Assembly (NCBI GenBank): GCA_963705255.1 | Contig: OY970061.1 | Coordinates: forward strand, 1,792,001 to 1,856,000 | Length of the DNA stretch: 64,000 nt | Direction of reading: 5' to 3' | DNA from: an uncultured Methanoregulaceae archaeon | GTDB taxonomy: Archaea > Halobacteriota > Methanomicrobia > Methanomicrobiales > Methanospirillaceae | Part shown: positions 1 to 9,834 of the stretch, one piece after another | Position numbering within the stretch: position 1 is the stretch's first letter | Layout of the letters: every line of letters begins with the position of its first letter | Notes under the pieces: model-generated | Database searches by the model: none | Seen by the model: only the letters and a program-made list of their open reading frames with translations | What the model was told of the DNA's origin: nothing | Made by a program: the position numbers and the translations under genes

Positions 1-209
1 CTTCTTTTTCGGATCTCAGGGGTTCCCCTGTCGTGTTCGACACTACCCTGTCAGGCCCGGAGAGAACCGGGACCGCACAGGAGCTTGCCGGTGCACTTGG
101 ACTCTCCCCGGGAAACGGGTGCGGGAGAGTCCTGCCGGTCAGCCCGGCGGTCGGGACCGCAGGGACGAGACGGATGCTCCACCGCTGGCGAAGGGCGATC
201 CATGCCTGA
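1..209 (+). CDS. 3' end of an upstream gene (partial), possibly a nitrogenase component-1-like partner
   Basis: Frame starting at nt 3 is open (SFSDLRGSPVVFD...RRMLHRWRRAIHA*). Its TGA (207-209) overlaps the next ATG (202) in ATGCCTGA, suggesting translational coupling. Product inferred from context only. Confidence 0.5.
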   Translation, partial: SFSDLRGSPVVFDTTLSGPERTGTAQELAGALGLSPGNGCGRVLPVSPAVGTAGTRRMLHRWRRAIHA

Positions 210-1323
210 GTGCGACAACCCCCTCTGGCCGTGTGCCATGACGGGGGCAGCTGCCTGCCTTGCGGGATTCGAGGGCATGGCAGTTGTCATCCACGGCTCC
301 AGCGGGTGCTATTATTACCCGACTACCCTCCTCCACGCCCCGCTCCACGGCACATTCATCCTTGAGAATGAGGTGATCTTCGGATCCGAGGACCGGCTCC
401 AGGAAGTGATACGGGAGCTTGCCTGCACCGGGAAACGGATTGCGGTGATAACGACCTGCGTACCCGCAATTCTCGGGGAGGACATCCGCTCCATGCTTGC
501 AGGACATGATGTCATTCTCGTGGACAGCCCGGGTTTTTCCGGTGATGTGGAGACCGGGTATGCAAACGCCCTTGCCATGCTGGGACCCCGGGTCGATCCG
601 GAAGCCCGGGGGGTGAATATTGACGGGGCATGCCTGTTCGACCCGTTCTCCCGGGGGAATGTTCAGGAGATCCTGCGACTGTTTTCCATGGCATCCGTCC
701 CGGCAGGAACGGTCTTTTGTCAGGACCGTCTGGAAAAGGCAGGTCGCGCTTCGCCGTACACCATTGGAACCAACGACGATTTTTCATCTGGTGTCGGCAG
801 AAACCTCGGCGGGACTCTGGGATTTGAGGAGATCAGGGTCACATTTACGAATATCGGCGATACAGTTGAAGGAGCGGACATTGACCCCGTCCTGTCGGAA
901 CTGCAGCAGCAGGAGGAGCGGGTCGTGCGTGCGTGCGACAAGTACCTGCGCAGGTATGATCCGCCGGCTGTTGCAATATTTGCCGGATGTTCCTATGCCC
1001 TGTTTGCCGCAAAGACGCTCGGGCGATACCTGGACGCCGATATCTGCTGTGTCGGTTCCCGCAACCGGGTGGAAGAGGTCCAGTTCCCGGTCGTGCATAC
1101 GGACGGGCTCTCGCAGGTAAAAGAGCTCATCCAGGTCCATGGCCCGGATCTTGTTATCGGGTCCGCATTCGAGCGTGCGGTCAGCGGGGACGTGGCATTC
1201 TGCGGCATTGTCCCCCCCCTCAGGGGGACAGTCCGGTTGTATCCCGCCCCTCTTGCAGGTATCAACGGTACACTCTCATTTATTGAGAATGTCCTGAATG
1301 CGTGCATGGATAAAAAGACCTGA
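202..1323 (+). CDS. Nitrogenase component 1-like oxidoreductase (NifD/CfbD/BchN superfamily)
   Basis: Motifs PCAMTGA, VIHGSSGCYYY, VIFGSEDRL, ITTCVPAILGED and DSPGF carry the three cluster-ligating Cys typical of the family. Confidence 0.85.
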   Translation: MPECDNPLWPCAMTGAAACLAGFEGMAVVIHGSSGCYYYPTTLLHAPLHGTFILENEVIFGSEDRLQEVIRELACTGKRIAVITTCVPAILGEDIRSMLAGHDVILVDSPGFSGDVETGYANALAMLGPRVDPEARGVNIDGACLFDPFSRGNVQEILRLFSMASVPAGTVFCQDRLEKAGRASPYTIGTNDDFSSGVGRNLGGTLGFEEIRVTFTNIGDTVEGADIDPVLSELQQQEERVVRACDKYLRRYDPPAVAIFAGCSYALFAAKTLGRYLDADICCVGSRNRVEEVQFPVVHTDGLSQVKELIQVHGPDLVIGSAFERAVSGDVAFCGIVPPLRGTVRLYPAPLAGINGTLSFIENVLNACMDKKT

Positions 1324-1454
1324 CCTGGTTACCGTCTCATCCTGCTGATATTTTCGACAGTGAACTCTTCGGCACATTCACTTTCACCCTGCGCACGGTG
1401 ACAGGATATATACCAATCCTGCCAACGCCAGTATACGACAGAAGGCGGTCGTAT

Positions 1455-1865
1455 ATGATGGAAAAAGCAGGGTATCTCCAGCAGACCCGGTACAGGGCTC
1501 AGGACAGCGAGGGAACAGCGCATGATGTCGTGGAACTGCATATTCTCGGGAACCGGTATGCAATCCGCAGAGCAGATCTCATCAAAGCGGTTTCAGGGCG
1601 GGTATTTGTCCAGGTCGAAGAGCTCTCCCACAACTGGAACTACTATCTCGGGCAGACCCGCGGCCTTGCGCATGTCTCGGCATCGGGCAAAGCCCTGAAC
1701 ATCGAGCTGTTCGAAAACGGGAATTTCACCCTCTCCCTTACCACGCTCCGTGCCGTGGTACATGGAAAGGAACGCTCCGTCGTTATCGTGAAGATACCGG
1801 AGACGCCTGCCATAAAGATACGCCGGATCGTAGACGGCCAGCAGAAGATCAGTGCGGTTGTCTGA
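1455..1865 (+). CDS. Hypothetical protein
   Basis: Plausible ORF with normal codon usage; appears internally duplicated (LHILGNRYAIRRADL / IELFENGNFTLSLTTL). Confidence 0.65.
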   Translation: MMEKAGYLQQTRYRAQDSEGTAHDVVELHILGNRYAIRRADLIKAVSGRVFVQVEELSHNWNYYLGQTRGLAHVSASGKALNIELFENGNFTLSLTTLRAVVHGKERSVVIVKIPETPAIKIRRIVDGQQKISAVV

Positions 1866-1974
1866 ACCTGAATGCATGTATCGGCAAAGCTGATTTACCC
1901 CTTAATTTCCTTTTTCCGTTCCCGGATTTTTGCATATCGTGCAACATTAATAGTTCCGCAGCAGAAGATCCTAA

Positions 1975-2962
1975 GTGAAGACTGGTCCTCCTTTTAACCG
2001 GCAGGAACGTCGTGGACCGGCACAGGAGAATGCAGGAATACGTATGGAAGATGCGGACACAGTATATCGGGATCTTGTGGAGAACCAGCAGGACCTCCTC
2101 GTCAAGTTCAACCTTGAAGGGCGGCTCCTTCTTGTCAATTCCGCGTACTGTGAGACGATGGGGAAGGACCGGGAGAGTCTGGTCGGCAGCGTTTTCATGC
2201 CAGTCACGGATGAACGATATTCCGACGTGATCGCGACCCAGATGACCCGGCTCTTCCGCCCCCCGTTTGTCTGCGTTGTGGAGCAATGGCTGCAGACACC
2301 AAAAGGGATGCGGTGCATCAGCTGGTCGGCCAAATCTATCCTGGACGGGGAACGGACGGTTATCGCCATCGTCGCGTCCGGGCGGGATATAACACGGCTC
2401 AAGAGCGAACAGAAGGCGATAAAAAAGAAGGACGAGGAGTTGATGCTCGTCCTCGAGAGCGGGAGCAGGATGTACCTATTCCCATACGCCGGACCACGTG
2501 ATGACGTATGTGAGCCCGAGGATCCGTGTCCTTCTCGGGTGTCGCCAGGGTGCCGGTAAACATTCATGGACCGAGTACCTCACCGACAACCCTGTCAATG
2601 CCTCAGGACTCGAACGGACGATCCGGGCAGTCACTTCCGGGAGGCGCGAACCGCCATACCGGCTTGAGATGGCAGTATCTGACGGGAGCAGGATCTGGGT
2701 TGAAGTCGACGAGATCCCGGTCGTGAAAAACGGGAAAACCGTAGCCATTGCGGGTTCCGTGGTCGATGTTACCGATAGGATGCATGTCGAGGAAGGCCAG
2801 GCAGAAGCCGAACTCCTCTTCAAAGGCAGCCGGACAAAACCTGCGGCACCCGGGCGTGCTGGCGAAAAGTCCTCGATAGGATTTTTCAGGTCAATTTTTT
2901 CCAAAGAGGGGAGTGGGGAAGAGGAAGACGGTTTTTCCGGGATACCGGAGAACCTGAAATAA
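1975..2962 (+). CDS. Tandem PAS-domain protein, frameshifted near 2475
   Basis: PAS/PAC motifs YRDLVENQQDLLVKFNLEG, ASGRDIT and AGSVVDVTDR. Removing one C from GTACCTAT joins ORFs 1975-2559 and 2498-2962 (MYYSHTPDHVMTYVSP). Confidence 0.8.
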
Positions 2963-3029
2963 CCTGTTTTGAAAAAGCGGGTGAGGAAAATTCCGGGTCC
3001 GCCGGTCCCGGCCTCGCCGGTCTTGGGGT

Positions 3030-3437
3030 TCAATAATCGTCCTCGGGTTTTGAAGTGATGACCTCTTCCACCTCGGGCTGCAGGAGCGAGAGGGCCTCCC
3101 GTACCTTCTTCCGGATCGCGGGGTTCTTATCGTCCTGCATGGTATCGAGGCACGCGATTACCCCGTCACTGATAAGCGCTTCTTCCTCGCCTGACGCCGC
3201 AACGGCGATGATAACCTCAAGGGCAGAAAGGACGATGTGCGGGTTCTTTTCCCTGAGCAGGTTCCTGATGATCTCGATCCCTCCCTGCCGTATCAGCTCG
3301 TTCGACCTCCAGTCTTCGTCCTCCGTGCTCACCGCAAGGGCTTCTATTGCAGCCTCCCTCCCCTTTTTCCCTTTTCCGGAGAGACGGCCGAGAATGTCCT
3401 GCATCAGCTCCCGTTGTATCTGCAGATCTTCTACCAT
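3030..3437 (-). CDS. HEAT/ARM-repeat protein
   Basis: Helical repeats such as LLREKNPHIVLSALEVI and MQDDKNPAIRKKVREAL. Confidence 0.7.
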   Translation of the reverse strand: MVEDLQIQRELMQDILGRLSGKGKKGREAAIEALAVSTEDEDWRSNELIRQGGIEIIRNLLREKNPHIVLSALEVIIAVAASGEEEALISDGVIACLDTMQDDKNPAIRKKVREALSLLQPEVEEVITSKPEDDY

Positions 3438-3542
3438 CGTTCCTCCCGTCCCTGCCACCAACATCCGTTAAAGGCCGGATCGGATGGATGATACTGCACC
3501 TCATAGGTAAAAAACCCATGGAATAGGGAAGTTAACCGAGTG

Positions 3543-4020
3543 TGGGAGGGACTCTTCGGATTATGTACCGGAGAGGGTATCCCACCCACGTACCGGGAGG
3601 GGTGGGGAGGGGGGTACCCCCCGACCCGGATCCGGCCTGCAATTTGAGTCCTCCGGCGAGAGTTCCACGCGAATCTGAGCTTGGGTGTATGCAAACAAAG
3701 AGGGGTAGCTACCCCTCCCACTGAGGAAGGGGAGGGTAGGATGGGGGGTGGTCCTCAGCAATGAGGGGTAGGGGGGAGGGGTACCCCTCCAGGCAGAGGA
3801 CAGGGGGGGTATTCCCCTCAGCCGAGGAGGGATCGGTATTCATCTCCCCCTTTTTTCCGGGCCGGCCAAAGTATCTTTTACCGTCGGAGTTTCCATGAGA
3901 AGCACAGGTTCAGAACATGCGGCAGAGGAGGGGTAGCTACCCCCCCTACCCCTCCATGAGCTGGAGGGGTGGGGGTATGCCCATGGCAATGAACAGGTGG
4001 GAGAGGGGGGGTCCAATACT
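3543..4020. repeat. G-rich intergenic repeat region with GGGGTACCCC / GGGGTAGCTACCCC palindromes (copy 1)
   Basis: Palindromic cores at about 3611, 3702, 3778 and 3930. Homologous to 46240-46750, sharing TCCACGCGAA...TGCAAA...GAGGGG(T/G)AGCTACCCCTCCC. Confidence 0.8.
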
Positions 4021-4111
4021 CCAAAAAGTGATGAACGCCGCCGCCCCCGGCGGGGCGCCCCCGCGGCGGATCGATTATCCTTTTTGCAGACCAATGTAAG
4101 CATTAAAGAGA

Positions 4112-4143
4112 TTCATTGAAATATCCGTTATGCATTCAATGAA
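4112..4143. promoter_or_regulatory. Inverted repeat TTCATTGAA-N14-TTCAATGAA just upstream of the HNH gene (possible operator)
   Basis: Perfect 9-bp inverted repeat ending 6 nt before ATG 4150. Confidence 0.45.
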
Positions 4144-4149
4144 ATAATT

Positions 4150-4896
4150 ATGGACTTCAATTTCCAACGAAAACGAATAGATACAATACCTGAAGATAAA
4201 AAATTAGAAGAACTTGAAAAAGCTGCAAAACATTTTAATTATATTGAATTTTCATGGAGAGATTTTAACAAAGTTTCAACAATCAGTGCGAGCGCGATAA
4301 AGACGCATTTTGGTAGTTGGAAAAACGCACTTGCAGCATTAAAAAAACATCTTCGACAAAAAGGATTAGACTTATCTCCACGTCCTTATGCTCCACAACG
4401 GATTTATTCCGACAAAGACCTGTTTGAGGAGATGGAAAGGATATGGCAACACGTAGGTCAACGGCCATCCAGAACTGAATGGGAAACATCAAAACCAAAA
4501 ATTAGTGTAGGTGCTTATAAAAAGCGCTTTGGTAGCTGGACAAACGCATGTCAAAAATTTATTGAATATAAAACGGGGGGAGAAATTTCATCCGACAATT
4601 TTGTCCGGTTCGAAGGAGAGGAATTTCCCGTTCGTGAGAAAAATGGTAAGGGTGGATACTCAAAAGAGAATTCTAGAAATGTCTCAGTTAGCTTGAGACT
4701 GAAGGTACTGAACCGAGATAATTTTAAGTGCGTATTTTGTGGAAAAAGTCCTGCGACGGATTTTGGAACAAAATTGCATTTAGATCATATTGTCCCGTTC
4801 TCCAAAGGTGGAAAAAGCACCTTGGGAAATCTTCAAACTCTTTGTGAGGAATGCAATCTGGGTAAAAGTGATTCACAAATTGAAAATAAAAAATAG
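4150..4896 (+). CDS. HNH endonuclease with two N-terminal homing-endonuclease-associated repeats
   Basis: Two FGSW(K/T)NA repeats. C-terminal LRLKVLNRDNFKCVFCG...LHLDHIVPFSKGG...NLQTLCEECNLGKS. Much more AT-rich than its flanks. Confidence 0.9.
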   Translation: MDFNFQRKRIDTIPEDKKLEELEKAAKHFNYIEFSWRDFNKVSTISASAIKTHFGSWKNALAALKKHLRQKGLDLSPRPYAPQRIYSDKDLFEEMERIWQHVGQRPSRTEWETSKPKISVGAYKKRFGSWTNACQKFIEYKTGGEISSDNFVRFEGEEFPVREKNGKGGYSKENSRNVSVSLRLKVLNRDNFKCVFCGKSPATDFGTKLHLDHIVPFSKGGKSTLGNLQTLCEECNLGKSDSQIENKK

Positions 4897-5026
4897 GGGA
4901 AAAAATTCAATTTGTGTCCTATTAAACTCCCTCACCCAGCGAGGCCCCGACGAGGCGGCCGAGCGACCCCTATCAGGGGGTGGGGAACCTCGCAATTATT
5001 CAAACAAAAAATAAATTCTTTCCTGT

Positions 5027-6145
5027 TTACTTCCCCGTCTTCACGCACTCAGCAATATAACTGCCAGCCTTCGTCGTCCGTGCCGAGCCGCCCAGGTCCT
5101 TTGTCACCACGCCGTCCCTGATACTCTGCTCGATGGCGCTGATGACTGCCGCTGCCGCCCTGTGCTCCCCGATATGATCGAGCAGCAGCGACCCTGCCCA
5201 GATGGTGGCGATGGGGTTTGCCACGCCCAAGTCCTTGTACTTGGGTGCCGAGCCGTGGATTGGTTCGAACATGGAGGTGCCCTTCGGGTTGATGTTGCCG
5301 CCCGGTGCAAGCCCGAGCCCGCCCTGGATCATGGCGCCGAGGTCGGTGATGATGTCCCCGAACATGTTCGGCGTGACCACGACATCGAACCACTCCGGGT
5401 TCTTGACAAACCACATGGTGATGGCGTCCACGAAGGTGAACTCGGTCGTGACATCCGGGTAGGACTTCGCTGTCTCGGTGAATACATCCCGCCAGAGCCC
5501 GTACACTTCAGAGAGGACGTTTGCCTTGTCGACTGACGTAAGTTTCTTTTTCCGCTGCATGGCAAGTTCGAACGCATAGGTCTGGACCCGGCGTGCCCCT
5601 TCGCGGGTGATGACCCCGATCTGGTAGGCTATCTCTTCCGCATCGCTCGTGACATCAAGGCCGAACTTCACACGGTAGAGATCGCGGATAACCTCCAGTT
5701 CCTTCTTCTCGTGGTTCCTGAACCGGGACCCGATGCCTACGTAGAAGTCCTCGGTGTTCTCCCTCACTACGACAAAGTCGATATCATGCGGTGTCTTGCC
5801 TGCGAGCGGGGTTTCCACTCCGTGCAGGAGTCTGATTGGGCGGAGGTTGACGTACATGTCGAAGTGGAAGCGGAGCGCGAGGAGGATCCCTTTCTCAAGG
5901 ATGCCCGGCTTCACCCGCTCGTCCCCGATGGCACCGAAGTAGATCGTCTTGAACATCGAGAGTTCCTTCAGTTCTTCCTCGGTAATGAGTTTCCCTGAAT
6001 GGACGTAGCGGTCTGCCCCGATATCGAAATCCGTCCACTGGATATCGAAGTTGAACTTCTCCCCTGCCGCTTCCAGCACCTTCTTTCCCTCGGCCACGAT
6101 CTCCGGGCCGATCCCGTCCCCGCTTATCACCGCGATTTTGTGCAT
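5027..6145 (-). CDS. leuB: 3-isopropylmalate dehydrogenase
   Basis: [39 protein letters not shown]. Confidence 0.9.
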   Translation of the reverse strand: MHKIAVISGDGIGPEIVAEGKKVLEAAGEKFNFDIQWTDFDIGADRYVHSGKLITEEELKELSMFKTIYFGAIGDERVKPGILEKGILLALRFHFDMYVNLRPIRLLHGVETPLAGKTPHDIDFVVVRENTEDFYVGIGSRFRNHEKKELEVIRDLYRVKFGLDVTSDAEEIAYQIGVITREGARRVQTYAFELAMQRKKKLTSVDKANVLSEVYGLWRDVFTETAKSYPDVTTEFTFVDAITMWFVKNPEWFDVVVTPNMFGDIITDLGAMIQGGLGLAPGGNINPKGTSMFEPIHGSAPKYKDLGVANPIATIWAGSLLLDHIGEHRAAAAVISAIEQSIRDGVVTKDLGGSARTTKAGSYIAECVKTGK

Positions 6146-6690
6146 ACCGGTACCTCCTTCAATGACCTGGCATACTCCACGAGCCCGCCGGCATCGATGA
6201 TGCCCTGCATGAACTCAGGCACGGGCTCGATCCCGTATCTCTCCCCGTCCGCTTCAAGATAACCTTCCCGGATCTTCAGGGTGACGTTCGCCCCGTCGGG
6301 GATTTCGTCCGCTTCCGGGCAGACGACCGGGAGCACGCCGACGTTGATCGAGTTCCGGAAGAAGATCCGGGCAAAAGACCGTGCCACCACGACCTTCACC
6401 CCGGCCCCCATCAGGGCGAGCGGGGCATGTTCGCGGGAGGACCCGCACCCGAAGTTCCGCCCCCCGACAATGACATCCCCTTCCTTCACCTTCTTTGCAA
6501 ACTCGTCGCGGGTGCCTTCAAAAGCGTGCTTTGCGAGCTCGTCCGGGTTATTGAGGGTCAGGAACCGCCCCGGAATGATCGCATCCGTATCGATGTTGTC
6601 TCCGAACTTCCACGCCCTCATATTCGTGGTGGCCTGTGGCGCTCTGACGACAACGCTCTTGACCGGTGCAGACTTACGGGCCGCCATCAT
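6127..6690 (-). CDS. leuD: 3-isopropylmalate dehydratase small subunit
   Basis: [34 protein letters not shown]. Confidence 0.88.
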   Translation of the reverse strand: MMAARKSAPVKSVVVRAPQATTNMRAWKFGDNIDTDAIIPGRFLTLNNPDELAKHAFEGTRDEFAKKVKEGDVIVGGRNFGCGSSREHAPLALMGAGVKVVVARSFARIFFRNSINVGVLPVVCPEADEIPDGANVTLKIREGYLEADGERYGIEPVPEFMQGIIDAGGLVEYARSLKEVPVCTKSR

Positions 6691-7940
6691 CACACCTCCC
6701 TCGGATCGGTGATCTCGCCTTTCATGGCGCTCGCAGCCGCCGTTGCCGGTGAGCAGAGGTAGACCTTTCCTTCGGTACTCCCTTGGCGCCCCCTGAAGTT
6801 CCGGTTCGAGGTCGAGAGCGAGACCTCGCCGGGCGCGAGGAGGCCGAACGCCCCGCCCATGCAGGGCCCGCAGCAGGGCGCCTCGACAAGACCTCCCGCC
6901 TTCACGAACCTCTCGACAAGGCCCGCCCTGAGGGTTTTGAGGTACTCGTCCCGGGACGCCGGGATGATGATGACCCGGACCTTCGGGCTGAACTTCTTCT
7001 TCCCGAGCACGTCCGCTGCCTCTGCAAGGTCCTCGAACCGCCCGTTCGTGCAGGACCCGATGAAGACCTGGTCTACGTGCGTTCCCGCCACCTTGCTGAC
7101 CGGCACACCCGTATCGACATTATGGGGGACAGCTACCTGCGGCTCAAGACCGGAGACGCTGTAGGACCGGGTCTCCGCAAACTTCGCGTCCGGGTCGCTA
7201 TCCAGCTCAAAGGGCTTCATCTTCCGCCGCCCTTTCATGTACTCCCACGTCACTGTATCCGGTGCCACGATCCCTGCCTTTGCGCCCATCTCGATCGCCA
7301 TGTTGCAGAGGGTCATTCTGCCTGCCATGTCCAGCTTCGAGATGGTTTTGCCGGTGAACTGGATTGCCTTGTAGGTCGCCCCGTCGGCACCGATGTCGGC
7401 CGCGATCGAGAGGATCAGGTCCTTTGCCCCGACCCGTTTCTGGAATTTCCCGGTCACTTCAGCCCGGATGGTCGCGGGCACCCTGAAGTACAGCGCCCCG
7501 AACTTCAGCGCGAACCCCATGTCGGTCGATCCGATACCGGTTGCAAAAGCCCCGGTTGCACCGTACATGCAGGTGTGGGAGTCCGCACCCACAACGATCT
7601 CGCCCGGCGCAGCCCGCCCTTTCTCCATGGTCACCTGGTGGCAGACACCCTCGTTGATATCGTAATTGAGGATATCCTGCTCGGCAGCAAATTTCCGCAT
7701 GTAGACATGGTTGTTCGCCGCTTCGATCGAGTCCGCAGGTATCTGGTGGTCAAAAAGCATGATGACGCGCCCGGGGTCGAACACCGTGGAACCCCCCATC
7801 TCGTAGAACTTCTGGATGGCAAGCGGGCCGGTTATGTCGTGGATCATCGCCCCGTCAAGAGGGGCCATGACCACTTCGCCTGCCCTGATCTCGCTGCCAC
7901 ACTTTTTTGAGAATATCTTCTCTACGATTGTCGCTGCCAT
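6690..7940 (-). CDS. leuC: 3-isopropylmalate dehydratase large subunit (aconitase family)
   Basis: [34 protein letters not shown]. Likely start MAATIVEK at 7940. Confidence 0.88.
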   Translation of the reverse strand: MAATIVEKIFSKKCGSEIRAGEVVMAPLDGAMIHDITGPLAIQKFYEMGGSTVFDPGRVIMLFDHQIPADSIEAANNHVYMRKFAAEQDILNYDINEGVCHQVTMEKGRAAPGEIVVGADSHTCMYGATGAFATGIGSTDMGFALKFGALYFRVPATIRAEVTGKFQKRVGAKDLILSIAADIGADGATYKAIQFTGKTISKLDMAGRMTLCNMAIEMGAKAGIVAPDTVTWEYMKGRRKMKPFELDSDPDAKFAETRSYSVSGLEPQVAVPHNVDTGVPVSKVAGTHVDQVFIGSCTNGRFEDLAEAADVLGKKKFSPKVRVIIIPASRDEYLKTLRAGLVERFVKAGGLVEAPCCGPCMGGAFGLLAPGEVSLSTSNRNFRGRQGSTEGKVYLCSPATAAASAMKGEITDPREV

Positions 7941-8112
7941 ACTCTGGTCGCCAGTAGTATTGACACTCAGCCGTCTTGTAGTTTCCCGATGCCGAACCCG
8001 AAGTGGTGAGGCAGGAGAAGAACCTTCAGGTTCTTCGACTTGCCGATTCCAGCTGAGCCACACTTCGTACCGCTCCTGCCCATCACGGATAACTGCGACC
8101 GTTTTCGCAGTC
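7941..8112 (-). promoter_or_regulatory. Candidate structured 5' leader of the leuCDB operon
   Basis: Complementary segments 7966-73/8050-57, 7999-8005/8061-67 and 8010-17/8073-80, plus hairpins 8017-8036 and 8091-8112. Confidence 0.45.
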
Positions 8113-8157
8113 AAAGCAATCTTTAACCCCCTCTATGGTCAAGATCATGCGATTACC

Positions 8158-8889
8158 ATGATGCGAAGACTCATTCTTGTATCAGCCATCCTCGTCCTTG
8201 CGACTATGGCTCTGGCCGGCGGTGTGGCCGCAGCAGGTTCCGATACCGTCAGCGAAAAACTGATCCATGCCGACGGGAGCGGGACCGTGACCGGAACGCC
8301 CGACCGTGTCCAGATCTCATTTGCCGTGGAAACCGAGAACCCGGATGTGAAGACGGCCCAGTCAGGCAATGCGGCACAGATGACCCAGGTCATCAATGCG
8401 CTGGCCGGCGCCGGGGTCCCACGGGATTCCATGAAGACAACCGGGTATTCCATCTACCCGGAATACCAGGACTCAACCATCCTCAACCCGGTAATAAAGA
8501 CCTACCATGTGACCAACACGCTGCTGGTGACTCTGGATGACGTGAGCCAGGCAGGAGACGTGATCGACCTTGCCGTTGCAAACGGAGCCAACCAGGTAAA
8601 CTCGATCCAGTTCATGCTCTCGGACGCGCAGGCCCAGGCGCTCAGGAGCACTGCCCTGAAAAATGCCGTTTCCAATGCGCGGGCGGACGCGGGCACTGTT
8701 GCAGATGCCATGGGCGTCAATATCAGCGGGACCCGGGATGTTGTCATCACCCAGGGCTACACACCGGTAGTCTACAACTCTTACTCGGTCGAGACCATGG
8801 GGGCAGCAAAGTCCGCGGTCCCGACCCCCGTGCAACCGGGAGAGGTCACGGTCACTGCAGATGTATCGATTGACTACTCCTACCAGTAA
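8158..8889 (+). CDS. SIMPL-domain (DUF541) secreted protein
   Basis: Signal peptide; GSGTVTGTPDRVQISFAVET, GANQVNSIQF, PVQPGEVTVTADV. Confidence 0.85.
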   Translation: MMRRLILVSAILVLATMALAGGVAAAGSDTVSEKLIHADGSGTVTGTPDRVQISFAVETENPDVKTAQSGNAAQMTQVINALAGAGVPRDSMKTTGYSIYPEYQDSTILNPVIKTYHVTNTLLVTLDDVSQAGDVIDLAVANGANQVNSIQFMLSDAQAQALRSTALKNAVSNARADAGTVADAMGVNISGTRDVVITQGYTPVVYNSYSVETMGAAKSAVPTPVQPGEVTVTADVSIDYSYQ

Positions 8890-9085
8890 TTCACAGGATC
8901 CCTTCACAACTTTTTTACATAAGCAGCGTGTGATTATTCCTTACATCACCAGTAGCAGCAACCGGCTCTTCCGGGCCGGCAATCAACCGTGAAAAACGCG
9001 GGTGAATCTCTGGAGACCTCCCCGCATTTTCAGATCAAACTTCGAATATCCCAAAACCTGCGGATACAATAGGACTGATTTTCAT

Positions 9086-9529
9086 ATGGAGCGCAATATC
9101 GGCTTTAAAGAGCGAAGGTATATTGAAGAATTACGGATCCTGACCAAAGCAACAGCACTTGACTGCGTAATTGATGACCGGTTCGACCGGGTGATCTACG
9201 TGATCCGCCCGGGGGACATGGGCCTTGCAATTGGCAAAAAAGGCGAGAATATCAGGCGCCTCCAGAACGTGCTCGGGAAACGGATCGAGATGGTCGAGTA
9301 TGCAGAAACGCCGGATACATTCATAGCCAACATCTTCAAACCCGCGGAGGTCATTAAGACCGAACAGGGCGAAGGGAACGCGCCGGTCAATGTATTTGTC
9401 CGGCAGAGGAGTGATCTTGGCATTGCCATCGGGAAGGCCGGCTGCAACATCGAAAAGGCCCGCATCCTGTGCCGCCGGTTTTTCGGTCTCGAGATCGGGG
9501 AAGTCCTGCTCCCTGCGGAGGCAGCATGA
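9086..9529 (+). CDS. nusA: Archaeal NusA-like transcription factor (KH domains)
   Basis: DCVID, MGLAIGKKGENIRRL, GIAIGKAGCNI. Confidence 0.85.
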   Translation: MERNIGFKERRYIEELRILTKATALDCVIDDRFDRVIYVIRPGDMGLAIGKKGENIRRLQNVLGKRIEMVEYAETPDTFIANIFKPAEVIKTEQGEGNAPVNVFVRQRSDLGIAIGKAGCNIEKARILCRRFFGLEIGEVLLPAEAA

Positions 9530-9828
9530 AAGAACCCGCCGATACCCGTATCCTTGCAGAGATCTGGGAAGTGATTGGGGAACGTGCACAGAATCCCCGT
9601 CCCGATTCGTATACGACCCGGCTCCTCACGGATGAAAAAGGGATTGACAAGGTACTGGAGAAAGTGGGCGAAGAATCGACCGAGTTCATCCTTGCGGTAA
9701 AAAACGGCGTGGACGAACGCACGGTCGAGGAAGCTGCAGATCTCCTTTTCCACCTGCTTGTCGCCCTCAGAGCTGCCGGCCTCGAACTCTCCGATGTAAT
9801 GCAGGAACTCGAGCACCGGAAAAAATAA
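9526..9828 (+). CDS. hisE: Phosphoribosyl-ATP diphosphatase
   Basis: SYTTRL, KVGEESTE, EAADLLFHLLV. Confidence 0.92.
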   Translation: MKEPADTRILAEIWEVIGERAQNPRPDSYTTRLLTDEKGIDKVLEKVGEESTEFILAVKNGVDERTVEEAADLLFHLLVALRAAGLELSDVMQELEHRKK

Positions 9829-9834
9829 TTTTTC

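Noticed and set aside
3543-4020. Possible CRISPR array (also considered for 46240-46750 and 16954-17098)
   Set aside because: No identical 24-47-bp repeats with regular unique spacers, and no cas genes.
4030-4995. IscB/HEARO-type RNA-guided system or integron cassette
   Set aside because: The protein lacks PLMP and RuvC motifs, no attC RYYYAAC/GTTRRRY ends were recognised, and there is no integrase.
7941-8114. N-terminal extension of LeuC (TTG 8114) and of the SIMPL ORF (7816)
   Set aside because: Family similarity begins at MAATIVEK (7940) and at the signal peptide (8158).
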